Shown: positions 51,369 to 62,664, counted from the first letter of the stretch. The stretch is DNA of 64,000 nt from Candidatus Aenigmatarchaeota archaeon (GCA_038998335.1 JAVZHQ010000001.1:352001-416000), one strand, 5' to 3'. Numbers and translations: made by a program. Notes: generated by a model not told the origin, from the sequence alone.

Positions 51369-52304
51369 ATGGAAGTAAAAGAATTTGAACCAAAAAAGCA
51401 AAGTGTGAATGAGCTAACCAAACAAATGAGAAGAACAGCCTTTAACGCAAGAAGGCTTGGGGAAGCAGTAGAAATTATAGAAGAAATGATAAGAGATAAA
51501 AATTGTGTTAAATTTTTAGGTTTGGCTGGAGCCCTAATTCCTGCTGGAATGAGTAAGTGTATAGTAGAAATGATAAAAAATAAATGGGTTGATATAATTG
51601 TTTCTACAGGAGCTAACATTACTCATGAGCTTGCAAATTGTTTTGGAGAGAAATATTATCAATGCGAACCGGAAAAAGTTAACGATTTAGAACTGAGAGA
51701 AAAAGGTTTGGATAGAATTTACGATGTTTATGCAAGCTCAACCACAATGGCAATAATGGAAAAAAATTTTCAAGAAATTTTGAGCAAAATCAAAGAAGGG
51801 GAATACGCTACTTTTGAACTTCTCGAGGAAATAGGAAAAAGGATTGAAAAGAAAGAATCGATCTTAAGAGTAGCGTTTGAAAATGAGGTTAAAATTATTG
51901 TTCCAGGAATTGTTGATTCAATCCTAGGAATTCAAGTTTGGATGTTTTCTCAAGACCATAAATTAAAGATAAATGAAATGAAAGATTTGGACTTTTTGAT
52001 AAACTTAAACTTTGACTTAAAAAAGGAAGGAAAAAATACTGGTGTAATAATTTTAGGTGGAGGTGTACCGAAAAACTTTATTTTACAATCAGTTTTGTTA
52101 GCTGACAAACCTCACAAGTATGTTGTTCAAATAACAACTGAAGTTCCAGAGTATGGTGGTTTATCGGGAGCAACTTTAGAAGAAGCTTTAAGCTGGGGTA
52201 AAGTTGACAAAAGCTCAAAAACCTGCACAGTTTATTGCGATTCGACCATAGCTTTACCCATAATAGTTTCTTCTTTAAAAGAGAGACTAACTTTCAAAAC
52301 CTAA
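51369..52304 (+). CDS. dys: Deoxyhypusine synthase
   Basis: STGAN, GGGVPKNF, GGLSGA-x-x-x-EA-x-SWGK, DST-x-ALP. Confidence 0.93.
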   Translation: MEVKEFEPKKQSVNELTKQMRRTAFNARRLGEAVEIIEEMIRDKNCVKFLGLAGALIPAGMSKCIVEMIKNKWVDIIVSTGANITHELANCFGEKYYQCEPEKVNDLELREKGLDRIYDVYASSTTMAIMEKNFQEILSKIKEGEYATFELLEEIGKRIEKKESILRVAFENEVKIIVPGIVDSILGIQVWMFSQDHKLKINEMKDLDFLINLNFDLKKEGKNTGVIILGGGVPKNFILQSVLLADKPHKYVVQITTEVPEYGGLSGATLEEALSWGKVDKSSKTCTVYCDSTIALPIIVSSLKERLTFKT

Positions 52305-52940
52305 CTCTTTCAGTTTCTTTAAAATTCTATCAACAACAACTTCAGGGGGGATATCAACTTTGCTACACCTTACATTTCCAAAAGGTTTTTTCTTTTTATA
52401 ATATTTTATCAAAGGTTTTGACTGTTTTTGATAAACTCTAAACCTTTCTTTAATAACTTCTGGTTTATCGTCTTCTCTTTGAATTAGCTTGCTTCCGCAC
52501 TTATCGCATATTTCATCGTTTTTTGGCTTAAGAAAAATTTTATGGTAAATCGCGTTGCAATTTGGACAGATTAACCTTCCAGAAAGTCTTGCAATTATAA
52601 CACTTTGAGGGACAACCAAATTTATAATTACGTCAGGAGAAGAGATTTTTTCCAAAGCTTCTGCTTGCGGAATTGTTCTCGGATACCCATCTAAGATATA
52701 ACCTTTTGAGCAATCTGGTTTTGAAAGTCTTTCTTTAACTATTTCTATAACAATATCGTCAGGAACTAGCTCGCCTTTACCTTGATATTCAGCTATTTTT
52801 TTAGCTAGTTCGCTTCCTGACTTAGCAATTTCTCTTAGAATATCACCAGTGTTAATTTTTGGTATTCCTAACTTGCTTTCAATAATTGAAGCATAAGTTC
52901 CTTTTCCTGAGCCTGGGGGACCAAAAATTATTAGCTTCAT
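52287..52940 (-). CDS. adk: Adenylate kinase (Zn-lid type)
   Basis: GPPGSGKGT, LDGYPRT, CxxC lid, QREDD. Confidence 0.95.
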   Translation of the reverse strand: MKLIIFGPPGSGKGTYASIIESKLGIPKINTGDILREIAKSGSELAKKIAEYQGKGELVPDDIVIEIVKERLSKPDCSKGYILDGYPRTIPQAEALEKISSPDVIINLVVPQSVIIARLSGRLICPNCNAIYHKIFLKPKNDEICDKCGSKLIQREDDKPEVIKERFRVYQKQSKPLIKYYKKKKPFGNVRCSKVDIPPEVVVDRILKKLKELGFES

Positions 52941-53023
52941 TTTCTTGCCTCAATTTTATTAAATTAGGGAAAACAAAGCTATAAAGTTTATTAAAAAAAT
53001 ATAAGAGAAATAATTAATTAGAA

Positions 53024-53132
53024 GCTGGGATAGTTCAGCGGTTAGAACGCGGCGCTCATAAGCTTTATGAGCTTTGAAAAAATGATGAAAGATGAAACGC
53101 CGAAGTCCCGGGTTCAAATCCCGGTCCCAGCA
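53024..53132 (+). tRNA. Elongator tRNA-Met(CAT) with 36-nt intron 53062-53097 (best BHB at 38/39)
   Basis: GCTGGGA/TCCCAGC, CGGCG-CT-CAT-AA|CGCCG; BHB helix TCAT/ATGA. Confidence 0.9.
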
Positions 53133-53161
53133 TTTTCTTAAAGAATTTATCCTTTCACTTT

Positions 53162-53422
53162 TTGTTTAATATTATGATTGTACCAACAAAAATTTTGAAG
53201 AAAGAAGATGATTATGAAATAGCCTTGATGGTTTTCCCTGTTTTTGAAAAAGAAAAAACTTTCTACGAGTTTCATCTTGTCAAATCATCTAGCTCCAAAA
53301 CGGAAACACTTAAAGTAAATGAATACAAACCACCACTTAAACTAGAAGAAATAGCAAATGATTTTAACGTTAAACCAGAAGACGTAAAAGAACTTTTAGA
53401 AAAGCTGGGTTACAAGGCTTAA
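53162..53422 (+). CDS. Hypothetical protein
   Basis: ORF track. Confidence 0.5.
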   Translation: MFNIMIVPTKILKKEDDYEIALMVFPVFEKEKTFYEFHLVKSSSSKTETLKVNEYKPPLKLEEIANDFNVKPEDVKELLEKLGYKA

Positions 53423-53476
53423 CTTTAGAAAAGTATTAAATTTATTTTTGCTTAAATATTATCAAAAGGTGAAAAA

Positions 53477-53704
53477 ATGGTTGAATTGACAGAAGAGGAA
53501 AAAAAAGTTGTAGAAGCGATGAAAATGCTAAAAGCAACTTCCGAATCTCAGCTTAAAACAGTAGACCATATAGCAAAAGCTGCATCAATGCCAAAAAGTA
53601 AAGTTGCTTCAATAATCCAAATGCTAATGAACAAAAAAGTTGTAAAAAGAATTGCAAGGGAAAAAGCAGCAGGATATTATCTTGATCCTTCAGCCCAAGT
53701 TTGA
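53477..53704 (+). CDS. Small winged-HTH protein
   Basis: SD GGTGA; IAKAA-x-M-x-KSKV...L...VKR wHTH pattern. Confidence 0.65.
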   Translation: MVELTEEEKKVVEAMKMLKATSESQLKTVDHIAKAASMPKSKVASIIQMLMNKKVVKRIAREKAAGYYLDPSAQV

Positions 53705-53779
53705 CATAACCTTACCTTTGAATTAATGGGATAAAAAGAGGATTTATTTATTCCTAATTCTAATTTTTATTTAAACCAT

Positions 53780-53854
53780 GGCCCGATTAGCGTAGCCTGG
53801 TTAGCGCGCAGGCCTGTGGAGCCTGAAGGCCGGGTTCAAATCCCGGGTCGGGCC
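53780..53854 (+). tRNA. tRNA-His(GTG) with encoded G-1
   Basis: G-GCCCGAT/GTCGGGC-C, CAGGC-CT-GTG-GA-GCCTG. Confidence 0.95.
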
Positions 53855-53998
53855 CAAATTTCTCATCCTTCAAACCCACAGAAGAATTTTTGGATATTTT
53901 GGTAAACTTAAGTAGTTTCAGGATTAAACTTCATCTTTCACAAGAAATTTTAAAAATTTAAAAATTTGATTTAAATTAACAGTTAAAAGTGGAAAAAT

Positions 53999-54736
53999 AT
54001 GAATGAAATGGAGATTTTTGTACTTGGTTCTGGTAATGCTTATTCAGAAAAACGTAACCCAACAAGCTTTGTAATTAATTCTTCTGGAAAATATACACTA
54101 GTTGAATGTCCTAGTATGCTGAGAAAAATTTTAAGAGAATTTAGAGAAAGGTCTGGCAAAAAATTAGGAATCGAGGAAATAAACGATGTTATAGTAACCC
54201 ATTTACATGGCGATCATTCTAACGGTTTAGAAGCTTTTGGATTTTGGAAACATTTTGTAGAAAAGAAAAAGCCAAACATTTATTCTATAAAAGAAGTTTT
54301 TGAAGATTTATGGGAGAATAAACTTAAAGCCAGTATGCAAAGAATTTATACAGAAAATTTTTCTTTAGAAAAAGTTTCTTTAGATTTTTACTTCCAAACA
54401 AAAATTTTAGAATTTGGAAAGATAAATGAAGTAAACAATTTAAAAGTGGAGATTAAAAGAACAAAACATGTTGTACCCTGTTTTGCGATTAAAGTTAATG
54501 GTATACTAGGCTACAGCTCAGATACTTCTTTTGACCCTGAATTAATAGAATTTTTGTCGCCATGTAGAATGATTATTCATGAAGTTGGACCTGGAATTCA
54601 TACAGACTATAAAGAACTAATTCGATTGCCAAAGCATATAAAAGAGAAAATTTATCTTGCTCATTTGGACGATGACTTTAATACCATAAGATCTGAGTTA
54701 AAAATTTTGGAAGAAGGCTTGGTTTACAGAGTATAA
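53999..54736 (+). CDS. MBL-fold hydrolase (RNase Z-like)
   Basis: LGSGNA, THLHGDH, YSSDT, IIHE, HT. Confidence 0.85.
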   Translation: MNEMEIFVLGSGNAYSEKRNPTSFVINSSGKYTLVECPSMLRKILREFRERSGKKLGIEEINDVIVTHLHGDHSNGLEAFGFWKHFVEKKKPNIYSIKEVFEDLWENKLKASMQRIYTENFSLEKVSLDFYFQTKILEFGKINEVNNLKVEIKRTKHVVPCFAIKVNGILGYSSDTSFDPELIEFLSPCRMIIHEVGPGIHTDYKELIRLPKHIKEKIYLAHLDDDFNTIRSELKILEEGLVYRV

Positions 54737-54772
54737 AATCTTTTTTCTTATATCTATACAGAAAAAAATAAA

Positions 54773-55441
54773 GTGTTAAATACTCAAATTAATTATGAGA
54801 AGATGGGAGTAAGAGAAAAATTAACATCCTTCTGGAAAAGCTTAGAAGGCGCCTCTCTTCTTAGAAAATATGTTAACGGAGAAATAGGAATTAAGGAAGT
54901 AGTAACAGTAGAAAAAGGTGGAATAAAATTCTTTGGTGTTATACCAGTTTTTCCTATGGAAGCAAAGGACTGGGGAAGACTTATAGAAGAACTTATAAAA
55001 ATTCATGGTCCTGGTGTAGTTGCAACGATGAGAATGAGTTATAAAAAGAATGGTTACGAAGAAACAAAAGAACTTAAAAAAATTTTACCAAAAGAAAAAA
55101 TAATTAAACTTCTTGAATTTTGGATAGACTTAGGGCATATAGAAAAAATTCTCGAGATTAAAATGGGAAAAAATAACGAGCTGCGAGAAGTTTCTTTTGA
55201 GAATATTTTAAATGAAATAAAGGAAGATGATAATAAAGTTGTAGTAAAGGTAAAAGGTTCTCTTTCTTGCAAAGCAGTAAAAGAAGTTATGAAAAAAACT
55301 CGGTATCCAGTTTGTATCCATGAACCAGGTTATATAGCTGGCTTTCTAGAAGCTTTAGTAGAAGGAAAATGGGAAGTTGAAGAAACTAAATGTGAAGGAA
55401 TGGGAGATAAGTTTTGTGAGTGGGTTTTCTTTAAAAAATAA
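54773..55441 (+). CDS. V4R-domain protein
   Basis: PVC...GYIAG...ETKC-x-x-x-GD-x-x-CE. Confidence 0.8.
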   Translation: MLNTQINYEKMGVREKLTSFWKSLEGASLLRKYVNGEIGIKEVVTVEKGGIKFFGVIPVFPMEAKDWGRLIEELIKIHGPGVVATMRMSYKKNGYEETKELKKILPKEKIIKLLEFWIDLGHIEKILEIKMGKNNELREVSFENILNEIKEDDNKVVVKVKGSLSCKAVKEVMKKTRYPVCIHEPGYIAGFLEALVEGKWEVEETKCEGMGDKFCEWVFFKK

Positions 55442-55462
55442 TTTTTATCTCTTTAAGTAAAA

Positions 55463-55478
55463 CGAAAAACTTATAAAT
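55463..55478 (+). promoter_or_regulatory. BRE/TATA promoter of the 16S transcript
   Basis: CGAAAAAC-TTATAAAT about 30 nt upstream of the structured leader. Confidence 0.7.
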
Positions 55479-55506
55479 ACTTTGAAAACAATTCTTTTAA
55501 ATAAGC

Positions 55507-55583
55507 CTCATGGGCATGGCGTTGGACTTTGACTCTACCGACTTAACGGCAGGATGAAAAGTTCTATTCCTGCTCATGAGATA
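55507..55583 (+). ncRNA. H/ACA guide RNA (K-turn) in 16S leader targeting U966-equivalent
   Basis: Stem 55507-16/55571-80, pockets TGGCGTT and TATTCC pair around 56629, TTGA/ATGA K-turn, ATA box 16 nt from pocket top. Confidence 0.75.
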
Positions 55584-55646
55584 AACTTGATCCTGAAGTA
55601 GTGCTTCAGGTAGGTTGATTGGTGAAACCTAGAGGTATTCCCGCCA

Positions 55647-57193
<1,547 letters not shown>

Positions 57194-57309
57194 TAAGTCT
57201 TTGTGTGCGGTAATACCTCTAGGCACCAAAAATCGCTACCTTTTTTCTTTCTCGGTCAAAAAAAATAGAGGCTTTAATTAAAAATAAATGTTAGACGTCT
57301 AACAAAAAT

Positions 57310-57765
57310 TTAAATTCGATCTTGATCTTTAAGGAACTCTAAGGTTTGGAGAAGTAATTCTTCAAAACGATAAAGAGCTTTTTTGTTTCCAAAAATTTCT
57401 ATAATACCAAAATTTGTAGGAAAGTCTCTTAACTTCCACATCTCATAAGGATAAGGGAATAATCTGTCAACGAGATTTTTTTCTTGTAGATAAAAAGCTA
57501 AATCCCTAACAATGCCTTTATCACAGAACTCTAGTTCAAAAATCGTTGGCGAATAATCATCACAACTGTGCACACCTAAACAAACCTTCGAGAATTTTGA
57601 CAGAACTTTTATTTTACTTTCCTTTCTCGCAAAACATTCCAAGTCAACAAAAATAAAATTCCCATTATTATCGTACTTCTTCATCAGTTTTAAGCAATAG
57701 TTTCTCGCATCTCTATCCTTATCTAACCCGAAAAGAATTCCAACATAGTTTTTTACTTCTGTCAT
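57310..57765 (-). CDS. Hypothetical protein
   Basis: 151-aa ATG ORF. Confidence 0.55.
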   Translation of the reverse strand: MTEVKNYVGILFGLDKDRDARNYCLKLMKKYDNNGNFIFVDLECFARKESKIKVLSKFSKVCLGVHSCDDYSPTIFELEFCDKGIVRDLAFYLQEKNLVDRLFPYPYEMWKLRDFPTNFGIIEIFGNKKALYRFEELLLQTLEFLKDQDRI

Positions 57766-57792
57766 CTTGAAAATAAAAATACTTTAAAAGAT

Positions 57793-58599
57793 TTAACTCT
57801 TAACTATTTGACCCAGGAAATAACTAGCTATTTCAAATTTACCAGTTCTTAGGAAACCAGTCGTATGATCTCTCAGCAAATATATAGTTTCCCTAAGCAT
57901 GAGAGTATGCGAAGGAGTAATGTAAGGAATTATGTAATTGTTGTTAAAACCTTGTAAAGAAGCTTTTTCTAAGCATTTCCTTATATCTTCTTTAAAGAAA
58001 TTAAAAGCTAAATCAAAACTTTTGAACCTTGAGTCTAAGCCAGAAATCAAGGCCAAGTTGTTTTTTCTAGCATAATTTATAGCTTCTTTGTTTGCTTTTT
58101 TAAGACCCTTTTTTAATGAAGGAATAGATTCCAAGTAATAGCTTACTTCTATGAAAGGTTTGTGACAAATTTCACCTTTTTCGTAAAGTTTAATTATCTC
58201 GTCTGCTCTTTTACCCAACCCGCAAGGTCCAAACTGGTGCGGAACGACAATAAATCCTTCATCCCTTTCTATGCTCTTGCAAACATCTTCTAAATTTTTT
58301 GGTGAGATCTTGTTTTCCCATCTTTCTGGAGTTAAGCATAAACCCAAAATATGATAATTGTCGAAAGTCAAAAATTCTAAACCAAAAAGCAAGTTTTCTT
58401 TTTTTGCTTTAAGGTAAGATTTGATCTCTTTGAAAGCTTTTATCGGCAAATCGATTTTTTCACACGCAAAAGCTTTATCAGTAAGAATAAGATAATCTAC
58501 TTTGCTTTTTTCAAAATCTTCTGCTAATTTTTTTGAAGTTTTTCCTAGGTTAAGTTTTTCTCCTTCTTTTGTATGGTAATGGATTGTTACTAAAGGCAT
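57793..58599 (-). CDS. Divergent PHP-domain-like protein
   Basis: HYHT, LILTD, GLE, HILG, VPH, GLDS. Confidence 0.6.
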   Translation of the reverse strand: MPLVTIHYHTKEGEKLNLGKTSKKLAEDFEKSKVDYLILTDKAFACEKIDLPIKAFKEIKSYLKAKKENLLFGLEFLTFDNYHILGLCLTPERWENKISPKNLEDVCKSIERDEGFIVVPHQFGPCGLGKRADEIIKLYEKGEICHKPFIEVSYYLESIPSLKKGLKKANKEAINYARKNNLALISGLDSRFKSFDLAFNFFKEDIRKCLEKASLQGFNNNYIIPYITPSHTLMLRETIYLLRDHTTGFLRTGKFEIASYFLGQIVKS

Positions 58600-58654
58600 A
58601 CTTATTTAAATAGCTCTAATCTTCAAATCTATTGCTCAAAAGTAAAGTTTTATT

Positions 58655-59389
58655 CTATGTAATATAAGGTTTGTAATTTTCTCCAAAAGCTCCCATAATC
58701 ATTTTTTTTAATTCTTTCTCGAAGAAGCTCCTACAAGTTTTATAAAATGGATAAAATATTTTATATATACTTTCACTTTTCTTTTCATAATCCACAAACT
58801 TCGCTTTCAGTTTTTCTCTTGTGTACTCGTACAATTCTTTGGTACTGATTGTTTGAATTTCATTACAACCATAAAACTTTCTAAAAGTACATAATTGAGG
58901 GTTGGCAATCCCTTTATCATATTCTTGGATTTTAATTTTTTTACCCCATTCCTTAGAGGAATTTATCAACCCGATTTTATAAGGATTTTCCCGATCCGAC
59001 AACCTACAGATTAAAATGCTTTCGCTTAGTTCTTTTCCTGGTACAGGCATAATAGAAGCGATAAGAAAATAATCACAAAAATATTGAATTCCTTTTATCT
59101 TTTCTTCGTCCAGGAAAGTTGAAGAATTGTGAAGGATTTTTCTTACCGGTGCCCCTGGACCCTCGACTATAGAATGATTCAAGAGAGACGGCCTTGAATA
59201 TAATAAAGTGAGAAAACTTAAACCGATTAAATGACCTGTAAGGGGTTCTTGTACTTCTTTATCTCTTCTGAAAAGTTCAAACATAAAAATGTCCAAAACC
59301 TGTACTCCATTTAAACCAGTTTTTTCTTTGGCTTCCTCAAGAGTTGATTGAAATTCTGCCCACATTGCTTCCTCTTCTTGGATATCCAT
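58655..59389 (-). CDS. Hypothetical protein
   Basis: 244-aa ATG ORF. Confidence 0.55.
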   Translation of the reverse strand: MDIQEEEAMWAEFQSTLEEAKEKTGLNGVQVLDIFMFELFRRDKEVQEPLTGHLIGLSFLTLLYSRPSLLNHSIVEGPGAPVRKILHNSSTFLDEEKIKGIQYFCDYFLIASIMPVPGKELSESILICRLSDRENPYKIGLINSSKEWGKKIKIQEYDKGIANPQLCTFRKFYGCNEIQTISTKELYEYTREKLKAKFVDYEKKSESIYKIFYPFYKTCRSFFEKELKKMIMGAFGENYKPYIT

Positions 59390-59566
59390 TATAAGAAATA
59401 GAAAGTAGAAGAATTTAAACCTTTTGACAAAAAGAGTCGTTAGGTTTCTAACACTTTAGAATTTTTAAACTATAAAGCCTTATCTCATAAGAACAAAGCT
59501 CCTTGAACTTAAAAACTTAAGGATAAAATTTTATCTTCATCTTAACTAAATTAGAAATAATTAATT

Positions 59567-59638
59567 GGGCCGGTAGATCAACGGTAGATCGCCTCGCTTG
59601 CAACGAGGAGGTTCGGGGTTCGAATCCCCGCCGGTCCA
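59567..59638 (+). tRNA. tRNA-Ala(TGC)
   Basis: GGGCCGG/CCGGTCC with G3:U70, CCTCG-CT-TGC-AA-CGAGG. Confidence 0.96.
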
Positions 59639-59712
59639 TACTCTTAATAAAAGTTATCGAGAAAATCCAAATGAGTTTAAAAATTTTTATTTTTAGTTGT
59701 AAATTAAATCAA

Positions 59713-60273
59713 ATGGAAGTCCCATCTTGGTATGTAATAACGGGAGAACCTTCTTCTGGTAAGACAACAATTTTAAAAAAATTGGAAGAATTAGGATACT
59801 TTGTTGTTCCAGAGACTGCAAGAATTTTGATAGATAAATATATCAAAAAAAGGTATACCAGCACAAAAATTAAGAAAAAACGAAAGTCGATTTCAAAAAC
59901 AAGTTTTAAAGTTGAAATTAAAAATTGAAGAAACTGTTCCTAAGGATAGAATTGTATTTTTTGACAGAGGTATTCCAGACAGTATAGCCTATTTCAAAAT
60001 TTGTGGGCTAGATACCAAGGAATTAGAAAAATATCAAGAAATAGATATAAAAAAATATTCTTTTTAGAGCAGCTACAATTCCAGCGAGATTATGTAAGAA
60101 TAGAAAATGAAGAAACTGTTAAAAAGTTAAATCAATTACTTCTGGAGACTTACAAAAATTTAGGCTACAACATTGTTCATATCCCAGTTTCTTCGGTTGA
60201 AAAAAGAGTAAGACTTATTTTTATTCAATTTATGATTTATTGGCACGGTATTGAAAAAATGTACAACTACTAA
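59713..60273 (+). pseudogene. AAA_28/NadR-like P-loop ATPase with two frameshifts
   Basis: ITGEPSSGKTT, VPETAR; middle segment FFDRGIPDS in shifted frame; C-terminal SVEKRV. Confidence 0.75.
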
Positions 60274-60409
60274 CTTTTTTAAAAAAAGGTTTCTTAACAA
60301 AAGTAAAACAAAAGCTTTAAATAGGATAAAGCTTTTAAATTATAAAAACTAATAAATTAGTTGCCGGTGTCGTTATGTCTGCTTAGCTTGAACATCGGCC
60401 TTTTTGTTT

Positions 60410-60467
60410 AGCTATGAGTTTGCCCTTCTAACTGATAAAAGATGAAGAAATGGGCACCTAACGAGCT
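60410..60467 (+). ncRNA. Box C/D sRNA A in 23S leader
   Basis: C ATGAGTT, D' CTGA, C' ATGAAGA, D ACGA; D guide antisense to A-loop 63499-63507. Confidence 0.8.
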
Positions 60468-60514
60468 TCCTTTGATGCGAATCCTTATTTTGATAATAAG
60501 GGTTTAAGAGTTGA

Positions 60515-60576
60515 GGTTGATGACTTGACTGACAGCGTCTGATAAAAGATGAAGAACGAACTGTCTTTATGAAACC
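60515..60576 (+). ncRNA. Box C/D sRNA B in 23S leader
   Basis: GGTT/AACC stem, C TGATGA, D' CTGA, C' ATGAAGA, D ATGA; both guides antisense to the peptidyl transferase centre (PTC). Confidence 0.85.
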
Positions 60577-62618
60577 AGAAGATGAAACTACCATAGGATA
60601 AGCTGGTCAAGAGGTCCTGGCAACAGTAGCCCACTTGGTGGATGGCTCGGCTTGGTTAGCCGAAGAAGGCCGTGCCAAGCTGCGATAAGCCTGGGTTATC
60701 CGCATGGAGGAGCTGACCCCAGGATTGCCGAATGGGATTCCTAGCCCGTTAAGGGCTATTTCGGAAGAAAAGGGAACGCGCCGAAGTGAAGCATCTTAGT
60801 AGGCGCAGGAAAAGAAATCAAACGAGATTCGGTGAGTAGGGGCGACCGAAAGCCGAACAGGACAAACCGAACTTTCTTTCGAAGAGGAAGAAAGGATGTG
60901 GAGTTACAGGACTTGGGCCTTTCCTAGCTTGCTAACCTGAAGTGAGCTGGAAAGCTCCACCATAGAGGGTGATAGTCCCGTAGGGGAAGGCAAGAAGGAA
61001 AATGCCAAGTCTCCTGAGTACCATTCCTTGGATATGGAGTGGGAATTTGGGTGGCATTAACATCCAATCCTAAATACTAACCAAGTCCGATAGCGGACTA
61101 GTATCGTGAGAGAAAGCTGAAAAGTACCGCGAAAGCGGGGTGAAAAGAGCCTGAAACCAAGTTGGGCATAGTCAGCTAGGGCATGAAAGGTGCTACTCCG
61201 AAGGAAATTCTCGCAAGAGAAGAGTACGAGGAGTAGCTTACAGTGTCCTAGCATCCGTTCTGAAAAACGGGGCAGGGAGTTTGCTCGAGTAGTGAGGTTA
61301 AGGGGTTTAAACCTCGAAGCCAAAGCGAAAGCGACAAGCCCGTAGTCTCGCAAGAGACGTGGGGCGGGGTGTGAAAGCGCCTGAAATTACTCGAGCAAGA
61401 CCCGAAGCCGGTCGATCTAATCCTGGGCAGGATGAAGTTCCTCGAAAGAGGAATGGAGGTCCGAACCGGTGCTGAGACCCAATCGCTCGGTTGACCCAGG
61501 ATTAGGGGTGAAAAGCCAATCGAGACCGGTGATAGCTGGTTCCTCCCGAAATGAGCGTCAGCTCAGCCTGGTTGGAGGTAAGCAGTAGGGTAAAGAGACT
61601 GATTGGACGGTCAAGGTGCGAAAGCATCAGCCGTCCTGTCAAACTCTGAATCTACTGCTGCCTGAGAAGACCGGAGTGAGGGTACTGGGTTAAGCTCGGT
61701 ACCCAAAAGGGGAACAACCCAACCTGGGGTTAAGATCCCTAAATGCCGGCTAAACGAAGAAGGGAGTCCAAATCCTTAGACAGCGGGGCTGTAGGCTTAG
61801 AAGCAGCCATCAGTTAAAAAGTGCGTAACAGCTTACCCGCCGAGGGTTTGGGCCCTGAAAATGGAAGGGACTAAGCCGGCTGTCGATACCCCAGACCTGC
61901 GAAAGCAGGGGGTAGGGAGGCGTTCTGCATGGGTAGAAGCTTGTTCGTGAGAACAAGTGGACCGTGCAGAATTGAAGATCCTGCCATGAGTAGCAGCATA
62001 GCTGGGTGAAAATCCCAGCCGCCTGAACCCTCAGGGTTTGCCAGCAATGTTCGTCAGCTGGCAGTTAGTCGATCCTAAGGGCGCTCTTAACCGAAGCGCT
62101 CAAAAGGGAAATCGGTTAATATTCCGATACCATGGAGGTACGTGCGGCAACGCAAGCTAGCTTTCCGACGTTTCGGGATAGGCCGACGCAAGTTAACTGC
62201 CGAAGCCTGCAGAGTCTCGTAACGAGGAGAAGCAGGTGAAAGCAGGAATAGCTCCGCGTATGCGGAGTTCGGCCGATTCCTGGAACCCGTGAAAAGGGAA
62301 GCTAGAAGGATCCTCCATGATCGTACCAAGAACCGACACAGGTAGGGTCGCTGAGAAGGCGAAGGCGTGTTGGGAGAACCCAATCCAGGGAAATCGGCAA
62401 ATTGGCCCCGTATCTTCGGTAGAAGGGGTGCCTGTTCTCTCGAAAGGGAGAACAGGTCGCAGTGACAAGGGGGAAGCGACTGTTTAACAAAAACACAGGA
62501 GACTGCTAGTCCGAAAGGATTTGTACAGTCTCTGAGGTCTGCCCAGTGCCGGTGTGTGAAACCCGGTTCCAACCGGGAGAAGCCCCGGCAAACGGCGGCG
62601 GTAACTCTGACCGTCGTA

Positions 62619-62664
62619 ACTCAGGGCGGTCATCTGATTTGATGATACGCCGCCTGGGCGACAT
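62619..62664 (+). other. 23S BHB intron (46 nt) at about 1927 with D'/C' K-loop
   Basis: GTCG-TA|A ... CGAC-AT|A. Confidence 0.9.

Noticed and set aside
53024-53132. tRNA(CAT) as initiator or Ile2
   Set aside because: G1-C72 and no GGG/CCC anticodon stem exclude initiator; the acceptor stem fits elongator Met better than Ile, though this is not proven.
2020-55272. Many short antisense ORFs rich in F/S/L/I
   Set aside because: Reverse-strand shadows of Lys/Glu-rich genes.
60363-60399. GC-rich hairpin at start of 23S leader
   Set aside because: Real stem but no convincing boxes or target found.
60469-60516. Possible third C/D sRNA (TTGATGC ... TTGA ... TTGA)
   Set aside because: No clear C' box, best antisense matches only 7-8 bp, and it folds well as a simple hairpin.
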